Below, piece after piece: positions 1 through 13,977 of a stretch of 64,000 nt of DNA. The notes beneath the pieces were generated by a model. That model saw only the letters and a list, made by a program, of their open reading frames with translations. It was not told the DNA's origin and did not search any database. A program made the translations under genes and the position numbers. Each line of letters opens with the position of its first letter. Within the stretch, counting starts at the first letter, position 1. The DNA lies in assembly GCA_002269645.1 (NCBI GenBank), contig NIVC01002054.1:124001-188000 (forward strand). The letters run 5' to 3'. This DNA comes from Macrostomum lignano (lineage: Eukaryota).

Positions 1-1517
1 TTCAAGTCGGACGGGATCCCGCCTACCATCGGGATAGAGATAGGCTCGCAGCTGCGGCATGAGCAGCCGCTCCCCTGGCAGCAGGGCCGGTCGGGTAATC
101 CTGGCCTTCTGCGACTTCGGAATCTTGCAGTACTCTGCCCAGATGTTATCTAACGATTCCATGTGAACGCTGTGCAGAAACTCGTGCAAGGTTCGCTTGA
201 GACTGTTAATCTGAGATTGGGACAGCCCGTTCTCTGAGCACACTCGATCTAAGAACCTATCGCGTATCCAAGCCTCCAGTTCGCGAGCAAATTGTTCGCT
301 CAGTTTAGCAGCAGCCGCGTTTGCCTCGCGTTCTGCCTGAGATTGAGAGGCCTGATGATGCTGCTGGTGCTGGGACTCCTGAGACTCCGTCTGCGACGAA
401 CCGCCGCCGGGTCCGCCACCGCTGAAATGATAAAAAAGGAAACTATGCACTTTTATAGGGACGCTTGATGGACTTGATACAAGATGTACGCTGAGGTCTG
501 TAAGCTTGGGGGGATAAGGTGTCAAGAGCGAGAGTGTAACTTGTGGGGCCGAAAGTTGCAAGAGTGTACATTCAGGGAGAGAGGGCTTGGTCTGAAGTGC
601 ACATTCAGGGAGAGAGATGCTTGGTCTGAAGTGCACATTGGGGGAGAGAGATGCTTGGTCTGGAGTGTACACTGAGGGGCAGAGATTCTTGGTCAAAAGT
701 GTACATTGAGGGGCAGAGAAGCTTGGCCTGGGAGTGTACATTGAAAGATAGAGCAGCTTGGCCTGGAGTGTACATTAAGGAATAAAGCAGCTTGGCCTGG
801 AGTGTACATTGAGGGATAGAAATTATTAGTCCCTCACCCCTGATTGGTGGAGGACAACTCGCTAACGCCGACATCGCGTCGATTGCCTCCGCCGCCGGCC
901 CATCGCCGTTTAGCCGGCTCAAGCGGCATTCGCAAAGCGGCCAGAATAACAATAAAATGCTTGGCCGCACTCTCCACTGTTTCCTCTTCAATTTTTTTCA
1001 GTTCTTCTAATTCGGCGGTGGACAGTTGCTCGCTGTGCTGCATCACTTTGGCTACGATATCGAGAGCCGTAGCGCTTGGATCCACGGGTTCGTCCGGTTT
1101 CCATTCGGCCAGCCGGCCAACGTAATAGTCGCACAGTTGAGTCTGAACAAACCGCGAGAACGCCCAGTGCCAGAAGGCCTCCGATGACCAGGCTGTGCAG
1201 GCTTGGACTTCTTCCGTCATTGAGGCCTGGGTAATTGTAGTGAGTTGAGGTTCATCTAAAATAATTCCACTCGTGGACTGAACTTCCTGTAGCATCTGGA
1301 TATAGCTAGCATCCTGGATATTGAATTAACTCCTCTGATAATCTACAGACCTGTCAGTCATCCGCCTCTTTTTTATAAATTTTCGGAACTGCCAAAAATT
1401 TATCTAACTTGTCAGGCATCTTTCGATTAAAACTAACAGACACACAGATACTCAAATACTAAGATAGACAGACAGACAGACAGACAAAAAGACAGACATA
1501 CAGACAGACAGACAATA

Positions 1518-1558
<41 letters not shown>

Positions 1559-1593
1559 TACAGACAGACAGACAGACAGACAGACCGACAGGC

Positions 1594-1626
<33 letters not shown>

Positions 1627-1628
1627 GG

Positions 1629-1668
<40 letters not shown>

Positions 1669-1669
1669 A

Positions 1670-1715
<46 letters not shown>

Positions 1716-1727
1716 GGACAGACAGAC

Positions 1728-1822
<95 letters not shown>

Positions 1823-4800
1823 CTAAGACAGACAGACAGACAGAAACAGACAGACAGACAGACACTAAGACAGACAGACAGACACAGACAGACAGCCCAA
1901 CAAAGCAGGGCAGTACCTGCAGCTCCAAGGAGGCGGTGCTATTCTGACAGGGCAGCTGGCAGCGCAGCCGCTCCAGCAGCGGCAGGCACCGCAGGGCGCA
2001 CAGCCATTCCTCGTGTTGAGCATCAAATCTCAGAGCTTGCACCAACAATTCGCAGGCAATCTCAAATTGTTGCTGATCAAGCGTCGACATGCCCCTAGCA
2101 ACCACCATATCGTTGAGCAGATCGACTAATCTCAATCGGCTAGACCGATGAGCCAGATCGCGCTTCACCGCCTTCAGAGATTTTTTAGCGTCAGCAATCC
2201 GCCGTTCGAACACGTTTTTAACGCACAGCTCCAGTATCTGCAATTTCTGACGATGAATATCGGCGGACGAGGAAAACTGCTGTTGAGTCGGCGGCAGTAG
2301 CAGATCTTCAAGCCGTTGTCCTGGCGGCACAGTTTTAAACTCTTGTCGGCGTCTTTGATGATCTTGTTGCTGGCTCGGCTGTTCGAGTGCTTTTGTGGAG
2401 GCTGCGGATGGCTTTGAGGACTTCGCTGGCGAGCTGCGGTAATTTAGTGGATCGATTGCTTGATTTGCAGTCTGGCAGCGATTTTAATATCCGATCCAAC
2501 GCCCTAACTTAGTCTAATACATGTCGCTTTTAATCCATCTCGCTATTAATAGATCTCGCTGTTAATCTATCTCGCTCTAACCCATTAGACTCTAATCCAT
2601 CTCGCTCTTAATCCATGTTGCTTTAATCCATGTCGCTATTAATCCATGTCGCTCTTAATTCATTCCACTCTAATCCATGTCGCTCTTAATCTATGTTGCT
2701 CTAATCCATGTCGCTCTTAATCTATGTTGCTCTAATCCATGTCGCTCTTAATCCATCTTGCTCTTAATCCATGTCGCTCTAATCCATGTCGCTCTTAATC
2801 CATCTTGCTCTTAATCCATGTCGCTCTAATCCATGTCGCTCTTAATCCATCTTGCTCTTAATCCATGTCGCTCTAATTCATGTCGCTCTAATCCATCTCT
2901 TTCTAATCCATGTCGCTCTTAATTCATTCCACTCTAATCCATGTCGCTCTTAATCTATGTTGCTCTAATCCATGTCGCTCTTAATCCATCTTGCTCTTAA
3001 TCCATGTCGCTCTAATCCATGTCGCTCTTAATCCATCTTGCTCTTAATCCATGTCGCTCTAATCCATGTCGCTCTTAATCCATCTTGCTCTTAATCCATG
3101 TCGCTCTAATTCATGTCGCTCTTAATCCATCTCTTTCTAATCTATGTCGCTCTTAATTCATGTCGCTCTTAATCCATTCCACTCTAATCCATCTCGCTCT
3201 AATCCATTTCACTCTAATCCATGGTGTTCTAATCCATCGCCCTCCAATCTTTTCCAATTAGATCCCGAATCTCACTAACATTAAACTGTAACTGAATCAA
3301 CAGAAAAAAAGCAGAGAAAAAAGCTGTTATATAAGCAACGAACCCTCTTCTAGCCGCTGGATCAGAGCCAGTTCGACCAGATGCAGCTGCCATCGCGTCG
3401 TCAACTTCTCGTTTAGCCTCCTCGGCTTCGATAGCTTCAGCTACTAGACGCTCGTTCAACAGAGGAAACGGCTCTGGCGGCCCCGCAGCCGGGTCGTCCG
3501 GCGGTTGCGGCACATTTACAGAAACTTTTTCGGCCTCGCTATTATTGTTGACAGCCGTTGTTATTGAAGTTTCGCATTCGCATAATTGCTTAGCCAATTC
3601 GTCCAGATGACGCCGACGTAAGCGACGTCCGATAGCAACAGTTGCGACGTCAGTGGGGACACCGATGAATCGGCATTGTTGTCGTTGTCGGCGTCGATGC
3701 TGACGCACAGGGCCAGCTGGTGCGGCGGCGGCAGTAGAAGCTCGGCGGCCTCGGCGGCTTGAAGCTCCGACAGGCGATCGTACAATTCGTCGAATGCGTC
3801 GATACGACGATAGGGCGGGCCGCGGGCTTGGCAAAACTGGCAGAACATCTCCGACTCGGTGGCCAGGCGTCGCATGAACTTGTCGTCTACTAGGCCGCGA
3901 CCGCCCAGGAAACTTGCCTGCGTGTAGGGGGCGGATGTCAGCTGATTACTAAGGGGCGGATGTCAGCTGATTACTAAGGGGCGGATGTCAGCTGATTACT
4001 AGGGGGCGGATGTCAGCTGATTACTCGGGGGCGGATGTCAGCTGATTACTAAGGGGCGGATGTCAGCTGATTACTAAGGGGCGGATGTCAGCTGATTACT
4101 AGGGGGCGGATGTCAGCTGATTACTCGGGGGCGGATGTCAGCTGATTACTAAGGGGCGGATGTCAGCTGATTACTAGGGGGCGGATGTCAGCTGATTACT
4201 AGGGGCCGGATGTCAGCTGATTACTAGGGGGCGGATGTCAGCTGATTACTAGGGGGGGCGGATGTCAGCTGATTACTAGGGGGGATGTCAGCTGATTACT
4301 AAGGGGCGGATGTCAGCTGATTACTCGGGGCGGATGTCAGCTGATTACTAGGGGGGCGGATGTCAGCTGATTACTAGGGGGGATGTCAGCTGATTACTAA
4401 GGGGCGGATGTCACCTGATTACTCGGGGCGGATGTCAGCTGATTACTAGTGGGCGGATGTCAGCTAGGGGGGGGGCGGATGTCAGCTGATTACTAAGGGG
4501 CGGATGTCAGCTGATTACTAGGAGGCGGATGTCAGCTGATTACTAGGAGGCGGATGTCAGCTAAGGGAGGGGGGCGGTTGTCAGCTGATTACTAGGGGGC
4601 GGATGTCAGCTGATTACTAGGGGGGGGATGTCAGCTGATTACTAGGAGGCGGATGTCAGCTGATTACTAGGAGGCGGATGTCAGCTGATTACTAGGAGGC
4701 GGATGTCAGCTGATTACTAGGGGCGGATGTCAGCTGATTACTAGGAGGCGGATGTCAGTTGATTACTAGGAGGCGGATGTCAGCTGATTACTAGGGGGCG

Positions 4801-7800
4801 GATGTCAGCTGATTACTAGGAGGCGGATGTCAGCTGATTACTAGGGGGCGGATGTCAGCTGATTACTAGGAGGCGGATGTCAGCTGATTACTAGGAGGCG
4901 GATGTCAGCTGATTACTAGGGGGCGGATGTCAGCTGATTACTAGGGAGCGGACGTCAGCTGATTACTAGGGAGCGGACGTAGGCTACTGATTTCTACAGT
5001 TTTTAGCATCAGTCTAAAAGCAGAAGTCTCACATAGTGAAAGTTGATAACATTACTCGGCAGAATCCTACTAATCACTAGGCAAGACCTGTAGCCATTAA
5101 CAATTTCAGCAAAAGCTCGCATAAACGCCGCCCGGATCTGTTTGTCCAGCCAGAAATCGTCACCGCCGCCGCCGTAAGCTGAGACGCAGGAGCGCAGAGT
5201 TCCGCCAGTTGGTTTCTTAAACGCCCGATCAGCTGTTGCTAGGCCGGGATTCAACACGTCGGTGATATCCGCCAGCAGATTCTGCAGCACTTGATCTGAC
5301 AGAGGCGTCACTATAGAACTCTGGCCGCCGCCGCAGCCTGACCAGTTTTCGGCTACGCAACCCAGATCGAGGTCGGCCGTGATTAAATCGAACATTGATT
5401 CTGTGCAATCTTCGATTTGACGCTTAAATGAACTGTGCACGCCGTATAGATAGGGCACAGTGGCGCACACGTATTCTAATAGCGGCTTCGGCATTATAGG
5501 CACCAGAGTGTACTCGCTGCGTGTTGGGACAGGGTGAAGAAGAATTCAATCTCGCATTTTTTACTACTGTAAGTAGAAATGCTGAACTATTTTTTGCTAA
5601 ACACTTCAAGTGCGTTCTACTTCTCCTAAGGACCACTAACGATAGTTCTGTGACTCAATGACCACTGTAACACCCTAATGACCACTTTAACACCCTAATA
5701 ACCACTGTAACACCCTAATAACCACTGTAAAACCTCAATAACCACTGTAACACCCTAATTGCCATTTTAACACCCTAATGACCACTGTAACACCCCAATG
5801 ACCATTGTAACACCCCAATGACCCCTGTAACACCCTAATGACCATTTTAATACCTTAATGACTACTGTAACACCCTAATGACCATTTTAACGCCCTAATG
5901 ACTATTGTAACACCCTAATGACCACTGTAAACACTTTAATGACCAAAATTGACACCCCAATGACCACTGTAAAGCTCCAGTGACTATATAGACAATCTAA
6001 TAACAAGTTCTATGCACTCTACTTACTACTTAAAGGGATACAGTAGCGCTTTCAGCGCCCGACAAGCATCCGTTAGCTGTGTGAAACTAGCCGAGAACAG
6101 CACAACTTTACAACCGGTTAACAGGGCAGTGACCAGTTTCACACTATTGTGAATGCCCAATTGACGAAATAGTCGAACGACAACGCTGCCAGTGGCTGGC
6201 ACCGAGCAACAGTCGCTAGGCAAAGATTGCAGGATTTGACAATCGAATCCTGGCAACAGAGAAAAGACTGTGTAACTATTATTGGTTGGCAGGAATACGC
6301 TAGACAGAAGGCGAGCAATCATCTCTTCTAAGTGGTCCCGACGCCCTGCAGCGTGGGCGGCATAGAGTACAACCAAGCAGTCGTGCAGAGTCTCGGGTAG
6401 GTCCAGGCGCGACTGTAGTACTAAAGTTTTAGGGGCGTAGACAGCGACCTGATGCTGCAGCTGCGATTCGCCAGTCTGGGCTGCTGGAGATGGAGCCAGG
6501 TGTCAGGTGTGCGAGAGACTTTATTAATCATCGTCTAAGTTACTTCTTGCGTTGGAAGAATCAGCGAGGAGTTGAAAATCAAGAGAAAAAGGGACAGATA
6601 TCAAGAAAGAGGAACCATAAATCAAGAGAGGGGAAACCAGAAATCAAAAGGAGGGAGCAGAAATCAAGAAAGGGGAAACCAGAAATCAAAAGGAGGGAGC
6701 AGAAATCAAAAAAGGGGAAACCAGAAATCAAAAGGAGGGAGCAGAAATCAAGAAAGGGGAAACCAGAAATCAAAAGGAGGGAGCAGAAATCAAAAAAGAG
6801 GGGCCAGAAATCAAGAGGGACCAGAAATTAAGAGGGACCAGAAATCAAGAGAAACCAGAAATCGAGAGAGACCAGAAATCGAGAGAGACGAGAAATCAAA
6901 GGAAAGAAGAACCAGAAATCAAAAGAGGGGCCAGAAATCAAGAAAGGGGTAACCGAAAAAAGAGGCAGGGACCAGATACAGGGACCAGAAATCGAGAGAG
7001 ACCAAAAATAAGAGGGACCAGAAATCAAGAGAGACCAGAAATCAAGAGGGACCAGAAATCAAGAGGGACCAGAAATCAAGAGGGACCAGAAATCAAGAGA
7101 GACCAGAAATTAAGAGAGACCAGAAATTAAGAGGGACCAGAAATCAAGAGGGACCAGAAATCAAGAGGGACCAGAAATCAAGAGGGACCAGAAATCAAGA
7201 GGGACCAGAAATCAAGAGGAACCAGAAATTAAGAGGGACCAGAAATCAAGAGGGACCAGAAATCAAGAGGGACCAGAAATCAAGAGGGACCAGAAATAAG
7301 AGGGACCAGAAATCGAGAGAGACCAGATATAAGAGGGACCAGAAATCAAGAGGGACCAGAAATCAAGAGGGACCAGAAATAAGAGGGACCAGAAATCGAG
7401 AGAGACCAGATATAAGAGAGACCAGAAATCAAGAGGGACCAGAAATCAAGAGGGACCAGAAATCAAGAGAAACCAGAAATCGAGAGAGACCAGAAATAAG
7501 AGAGACCAGAAATCAAGAGGGACCAGAAATCAAGAGGGACCAGAAATCAAGAGGGACCAGAAATAAGAGGGACCAGAAATCAAGAGGGACCAGAAATCAA
7601 GAGGGACCAGAAATCAAGAGGGACCAGAAATCAAGAGGGACCAGAAATCAAGAGAAACCAGAAATCGAGAGAGACCAGAAATAAGAGAGACCAGAAATCA
7701 AGAGGGACCAGAAATCAAGAGGGACCAGAAATCAAGAGGGACCAGAAATAAGAGGGACCAGAAATCAAGAGGGACCAGAAATCAAGAGGGACCAGAAATC

Positions 7801-8608
7801 AAGAGGGACCAGAAATCAAGAGGGACCAGAAATCAAGAGGGACCAGAAATCAAGAGAGACCAGAAATCAAGAGGGACCAGAAATCAAGAGAAACCAGAAA
7901 TCGAGAGAGACCAGAAATCGAGAGAGACGAGAAATCAAAGGAAAGAAGAACCAGAAATCAAAAAAGATGGGCCAGAAATCAAGAAAAAGGTAACCGAAAA
8001 AAGAGGCAGGGACCAGATAGAAGGACCAGAAATCAAGAAAAAGGTAACCGAAAAAAGAGGCAGGGACCAGATAGAAGGACCAGAAATCAAGAAAGAGGAA
8101 CCAGAAATCAAGTGAAACAGACAAGACAAAAGCAAGACAAATGATTACCTCCAGCAGCAGCTAGAGCAGCGGCAACAAAGACTGTCTCGGTGTCAGCATC
8201 GCTATCAACCAGGGACAGGGAGGAGGGCACCGGTTGGATATTGCTAGCACTGACAGCGTCTTCGTCCACCCCGCTCCCAGCGCCGCCGCCGGAGCTGATA
8301 TTGAACAGCTGCCTTCTCTGCTGCATGGAAAGCGGCTCGTGTACGCTAAGCATGGCTGAATAGCACTGCTGGCCGCTCTCAGCGGTGAATGTCTGCACAA
8401 AATAAGTGGCATCCTGCGGCAGGCGACTCAAACGCCAACCGCAGGGCTGGCAGAACACTTCTTGATTGGCTACAAACTCTACATCGGCCCGATCCTGCTT
8501 AGGAAATCGTTGGATGAGTTGACCAGAACAGGCCTGCTCGGCTCGACCTTGCCAGAGGAATGGGGAAGGGTGAAGTAGATGAAGAAAATCTATGCAATAT
8601 CCAGTCAT
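1..8608 (-). CDS. Sbf: DENN-domain myotubularin-related pseudophosphatase Sbf (MTMR5/MTMR13 family), 5' part; gene continues past the left edge. Exons: 8608-8149, 6483-6027, 5516-5033, 3917-3344 (frame-disrupted), 2433-1917, 1313-838, 421-<1
   Basis: Translated exons match SBF1/SBF2 blocks recalled from memory: uDENN GQLIQRFP...FCQPCGW, cDENN YAPKTLVLQSRLD...LFRQLGIHN...LTDACRALKALLYPFKYEYTLVPIMP, dDENN NFHYASFLGGRGLVDD...GPPYRRIDAFDEL, and ITRPALLPGERLLMPQLRAYLYPDGR. All junctions are GT-AG with compatible phases apart from a 1-nt deficit inside exon 4. The ATG at 8608 is plausible by length but unconfirmed. Confidence 0.93.
570..805. repeat. Degenerate ~35-bp tandem repeat (gagagatgcttggtctgaagtgcacatt-like) in Sbf intron
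   Basis: About 6-7 diverged copies visible between exons 838-1313 and 1-421. Confidence 0.75.
1462..1892. repeat. (GACA)n microsatellite in Sbf intron
   Basis: Direct reading; source of the spurious SVCL-repeat ORFs. Confidence 0.97.
2520..3240. repeat. 15-16-bp minisatellite (aatccatgtcgctct[t]) in Sbf intron
   Basis: Dozens of tandem variant copies. Confidence 0.95.
3926..4980. repeat. ~25-bp minisatellite (ggggcggatgtcagctgattactaa) filling almost the entire Sbf intron 3
   Basis: About 40 copies abutting the splice acceptor at 3918-3919. Confidence 0.97.
5655..5990. repeat. 20-bp minisatellite (aatgaccactgtaacaccct) in Sbf intron
   Basis: About 16 variant copies. Confidence 0.93.
6575..8110. 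repeat. 17-bp minisatellite (aagagggaccagaaatc) with degenerate longer units at the edges, Sbf intron 1
   Basis: Period 17 measured at 7801/7818. Confidence 0.96.
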
Positions 8609-8844
8609 CCAAAAAGCATTTCACTTTATATTTTTGAAATTTCAGTAGCTATTTGATAAAAACATTTGTGGTTGTTTTGTTAGACTAATTATTACTTTAA
8701 AACAATAATTTTCTGCTGTGAAAATAAACCCAACAACATTCAAAATTTGTGCTTATTTACTTCATAAACATAAACTTGGCAGTTCAACTCATCCTGCCAA
8801 TGGGGCTGGGGGTGTTGCACATCTAGCTGTTAAGGCTGATACGG

Positions 8845-9330
8845 AGGATTGCTGAGATGTCAAGGCTTATGGGGGGAATTGCTGAGATGTCAAGGCTTAT
8901 GGAGGGGGAATTGCTGAGATGTCAAGGCTTACGGGGGGGGGGATAGCTGAGATGTCAAGGCTTATGGGGGGGGATAGCTGAGATGTCAAGGCTTATGGGG
9001 GATAGCTGAGATGTCAAGGCTTACAGGGGGAATTGCTGAGATGTCAAGGCTTACAGGGGAATTGCTAAGATATCAAAGCAGATATATCAAGGCTTATGGG
9101 GGTAATTGCTGAGATATCAAAGCAGATTTATCAAGGCTTATGGAGGGAATTGCTGAGATATCAAAGCAGAGATATCAAGGCTTACAGGGGGAATTGCTGA
9201 GATGTCAAGGCTTATTTGGGGAATAGCTGAGATGTGAAGGCTTACATAGGGAATTGCTGAAATGTCAAGGCTTATAGGGGGAATGGCTGAGATGTCAAGA
9301 CTTATGGGAGAATTGCTAGGATGTCAAAGC
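8845..9330. repeat. ~30-bp degenerate tandem repeat (ttgctgagatgtcaaggcttatgggggaa)
   Basis: About 15 variant copies upstream of the Sbf start. Confidence 0.9.
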
Positions 9331-11303
9331 TGAAGTCAGAAGCTACATGCAGTTTATTCAGAAATTTTTATATTCCATTCCTTGTTGGCTCCCCAATGGG
9401 GGGTGCTAATTGCTAGTCTATAATGTAAAGAGGATTTGAAAAGATAATCATTGGCAGTTTTTTTCTCCAAAAAATGGTTGATTTCATAGATCTGGCTGAG
9501 TGGCCTGTAACTTATTGGCACACTATTACAGATGGGAATGACACTATTTTTTAGAAAATAATATATAATACTTTCTTGTTCAAACTAATTATTGCTTGTA
9601 ATAAAGTGCAATAACATTCTGGATCCATTTGAGGTATAGAGCTCAGCATGACACGAAATAGATACATAACTAATACAGTTTAAACAATTTGAAAATTGGG
9701 AAAATATATTTAAGAGCAAATGTATTATGCTAGGTTGGAAATTGACCAATACTATTTCAAATTTTTATGTTTTAGCCATTGTTTGACAATTGCATTGGTT
9801 AACAAAATGGGATGTCAAAGCTAGTTTTAATACTATATTTTATAAACTTAATTTTTATATCTTTACCATTAAAATAAGCTTTAATTATGATATAATGACA
9901 TAATAAGCTTTGCAATCCCATTGGGAAATAATTGTCCTTCAACTGTGTCAAATGGCACATTAAAACAAAAAATGTAAAATAGGCCTCAATTTTACTTTGA
10001 AGTTTCTTAGAAAGTTGCATTTCAAAATACTACAATGTTGTTATATTATGTGAATATTAGGAATATTTCCTACATTTGATATATTTTGTATATTAGGTAT
10101 ATTGCCATTTGTTTAAAAAAAGTAGGAAAATTTTCACTATAAAAGGAATCTAGTTAAAGGCCAAGAAAAATAAACCCTCTTTCTTTTGTTCCACTCATTT
10201 GTTTGCTTAGCATTAGCAAAATACCTACCAAAGTGTAAGAATATCTAGACCAGGATCTGAGAATCTGCCCCAGGGCAATAAACCTACTAGAGTGTAAGCT
10301 ATGACCTTCTGATCCCAGGAGTGCCTAGGACTCAGAGAATAAAACCATTTAGAGGAGCAAAATAGGAGTATAAAATAGGGTAGACTGAGCCATAGGACTG
10401 CATAGACCAGTAGATAAGTACATATGCTACCAGTAGATAAATACATATGTTACTAGTAGACTAATACATATGCTACCACTAGATAACTACTTATGCTACC
10501 AGAAGTACATTTATAAAAGTACAGGCATTATAGGAATTATTATACCAGCTTAGTGACAGTTGTGGAATGGTTCTAAAAGGCAAAAATAAGCTCTAGCATA
10601 ACTTGATAGCAGCTTTTAGGATATTTATAGAGTAAGAAGAAGCAAATATACCACAAAAGTTATTAGTTTTTGCTTAGGCTTTTTCATAGGTAAGTTGCAC
10701 TTTTGGTCAAAATATAGGTCAAAAAATGTTAAATTAGAGAGATTGTATATGTATGGTTATGGTTGTAGCCAAATTGTATCATTTGTTATATTTAGTATAG
10801 AAATATGCTTATTAGCATAATTGTTTCATAACTATGCCAGCTATACTAAAAAGACATTTGAAGATATTCATAAATATACCAACTGACATAGATTGGCATA
10901 GTTGGTACAATCTCAGATTTTGCTTTTGCTAAGAATTATTTCCTACCCAGATAGATTGTATGCACTAAATTATTGACTAACTAATCAGAAACAACTATTA
11001 TTTACCAGCATAGGCCCCAATGACTTTAATGAAATTATATTCAACCTTACCCAAAGTGCATTTGTATTTTTCTATATTTATCACCTTATTGCTAATTGAT
11101 AAATAGAGTTAATCGAACTCTAAAGTGAGCACTTTTTTCATTCTTATAATTGAATTTTATTGCCTTAGTTAATAAACCTAATCTAGGTATTTTACCTATA
11201 ATTCTTATAGGAAACAAACTTTAATATGCTAAATTATGTTTACTACAAAAGATAAAAGGAATTAAATATATTGGTTGTAGGCCTAACAAAAAAGGCAAAA
11301 AAT

Positions 11304-12445
11304 TAGTGTTCTGCTGTAATTACAGCTACAGCTACGGCAAATTACGGCTACGACACTTTTGAAGCCGTATTTTCATTACGGATTATGGTTAAGGACATAT
11401 TTTGAGCTTACGGTTATGGTTACGGATTACGGAGATTTTTCTAGACTTGCCGTAATTGGTAGCCGTAACAAAAATTATTTATTTTTAACTGTTTAGTGTT
11501 ATAAAAGAAAATTTTTTTATATCAACTTCAACCAGTTTTCAGTTTGTTTTACTAGTTATTATTATTTTTTACATTTGTTAAGTTTCTAAATATCTACGAA
11601 ACTTTTTGAAAATGAAAAATGAATTTTTTCACAAATTTTCTCATTAGGCATATGGCATAGCATAGCATAGCGATAGCATGATAGCAGCGAGACAGAGAGA
11701 GCCAGTCAAAGCCTACAAGAGACTAAGAATCTGGCATTCTTATTTCTTAGCCATATGTAGCATTTAGCTCCTTAGCATAAAAATAGGATATTAGATTTAG
11801 ATTATGAGGATAAGGATGAAAAAAATATTAATAAGGAAATACTAAATAAATACTAATAGGATATGAATATGAATTATGATTGAAAATTGATTGAAACCAA
11901 AGAAGACAATACAATAGACAATGCAATAAAATGAAAAAGAAAAATGTAACATGCAATTTCTTAGTCATCGGAAATTTTGAAGCAGTTTTATTTGAACAAA
12001 TTCATATATTTATTTAATGATATTAAACATACACATTGACCTTGGCACGTCAGTCATAGATTCATATTGTAGCAAAACAGAACAGAATCACGACACAGAA
12101 AACTGAAAAAGGCACCAAGCACACAATTGCATACAACAATGCTAAAGAATACTTAGATAAAGATATTATATTTACGAAAAAATAAATGAATATTAATGCA
12201 TGAACAAACAACAAATAGGTTTTATTGCTATCCTTTTATCTTTTTTATCTGTCCTTTTCTGTCTGCCCCACTTTTTATGCAAAAATATCAACTTTTGTTA
12301 TACATTACGGCTATGGTTACGGCAAATTACAGTTTTGGACTTTTTATAGCCCGTAATGATGGAAAAATTTGGCTACGGAAGTTGCTTCTTTCTTATGGCT
12401 ACGGTTACGGTTATGGAGGTCAAAACTCGCGGCGGCGGAACACTA
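11304..12445. mobile_element. Non-autonomous hAT-type DNA transposon (~1.14 kb) with subterminal (T/C)TACGG arrays
   Basis: Left end TAGTGTTCTGCTG; reverse complement of right end TAGTGTTCCGCCG. Flanks caaaaaat (11296-11303) and taaaaaat (12446-12453) form a 7/8 TSD. Clustered ttacgg/ctacgg/ttatgg hexamers occur near both ends. No transposase ORF. Confidence 0.75.
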
Positions 12446-13612
12446 TAAAAAATGTTTTTCTATGGTTTCCCAATGCATTTTGTATCTTAGATTGACTTTT
12501 TAGGCATTGCTATAAAGGTTTTGACCATGTTGGCTATAATAGATTTATTTTTATTAAAAGATAAAGAATTGAAAAAGCTAAAAAAATATTGCGCCTAGTG
12601 GAGTAGTGGGCATAAAAATTAATTGATAAAAAAAAATATTGTCAAAAATATAAAATGGTCATTACAGTGCCTAATAAGCCCTGAGAAAAATGTATTACAA
12701 TAATAAAATAAAATTATAGACAAAAGGTTTCTTTACTTAAAGTTAGACAAAAATAGGATTTAGCAAATAAAATAAATAGAAAAATTTTGTTTTTTGATCT
12801 TGAAACATAAAATATTTCATTTTTTCAGTTTTAAAAAATTCCTAGCACTTTGTCTTAGATGTCCTGTTAGACTTTCTAACATATATGATACATAAGCTTG
12901 AATTTATAACAAAATTTTAATTGATTTTTAATTTATTTATTATATAACTTATAAGCATTGCCCCAACTTACGAGAAGCAGCATCAAAATTGTAGCCATAA
13001 ATGGCAATGTAGTCCACAAGTCTGGACATGAGATTAACTTTATTCTGAATTACAGAATGTGTAGCCAGTGTAAGGGCTTATTTTCATTTTTTTGGAGAAT
13101 TGTTGACAATTTAGAATTAAAGTCCTTTTTTAAGTATAAAATTGGACTATTGCTTAATGCTAGTGATACCTAAATAGTAAGTGTAATTATTTTGTCAGGA
13201 TAAAAATCGAATCTAAAAACTTAAACTAGTAAAGTACAACCACTTATCAATAATAAACTACTAGGCCTATTGGGCTATTACTAATGGTGTAGTCTGTAGA
13301 GTAGACCTAGGTCTAAGAATTTTATCACACAATACGTCTCAAGTAATGACCATTATTATCGCTGTATCTTTAATTAAAATCAATAGTACATCTTAACCCC
13401 GAGTATTTAGCAAACAAGAAATGTAGCGCTAAGTTACCAATACTAGTTGATTACGATAACGTACCTAGTTAAAAAATCACGAAACTAAGTTGCAAAATTT
13501 AAATTAGTGCGATTATGGAGTTCGCAGAAAGCTAAACGCTAACACGAGAAATCCGCAAATATACCATTTAGGACGTGCTTAGATTCTAGCAAATGCATGC
13601 CGTCCATAACGA

Positions 13613-13977
13613 GGGGGCCGTGGCCCAGCGGTCTAGCGCAGGCTCTGGTGTTCCAGCGACCCAGGCTCGATTCCAAGTGCAGTCACATTAATTTGGGGCT
13701 AAATTGGAATCTCGGCATGGCTCTGCTCATGCAATTAACGGCCTTGAGAGCCAACCCCCCAAGGCGCAGTGAAGTGTACATGCCTAACGATAATATAAAG
13801 TTAGGGCCGCTGCACACTCCTGTGTGAGTGTGTGCCTGCGTACGTATCCGCGCGCTTGTATGCCTGCTCAGGGCAGTCGGCGGAATGGGCAGTATAATGC
13901 CTCTCGCCGGTTGTGTGCCTATGTCGCTTAAAGTGCGCCAGGGTGCACACAACCCCCTGCCTCTAATAAAATAAAAA
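13613..13977 (+). mobile_element. tRNA-derived SINE (~365 bp)
   Basis: Head GGGGGCCGTGGCCCAGCGG (A box) ... GGCTCGATTCC (B box); A-rich tail aataaaataaaaa. Flanking direct repeat atgccgtccataa (13597-13609) / atgccgtctataa (13978-13990). Body is homologous to the element at 50665-51017. Confidence 0.85.

Noticed and set aside
844-1125. Antisense or alternative-frame ORFs overlapping real exons (also 15107-15346, 35910-36209, 49599-49991, 53063-53584, 54696-55052)
   Set aside because: Expected shadow ORFs of GC-rich coding sequence.
10222-10325. Exon-like segment (tcctag|...tg|gtaggt) upstream of Sbf on the minus strand
   Set aside because: No recognisable Sbf homology; it could be a 5'-UTR exon but cannot be supported from sequence alone.
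9400-11290. AT-rich stretch as a possible organellar insertion or hidden gene
   Set aside because: Only short biased ORFs; no mitochondrial gene or rRNA motifs recognised.
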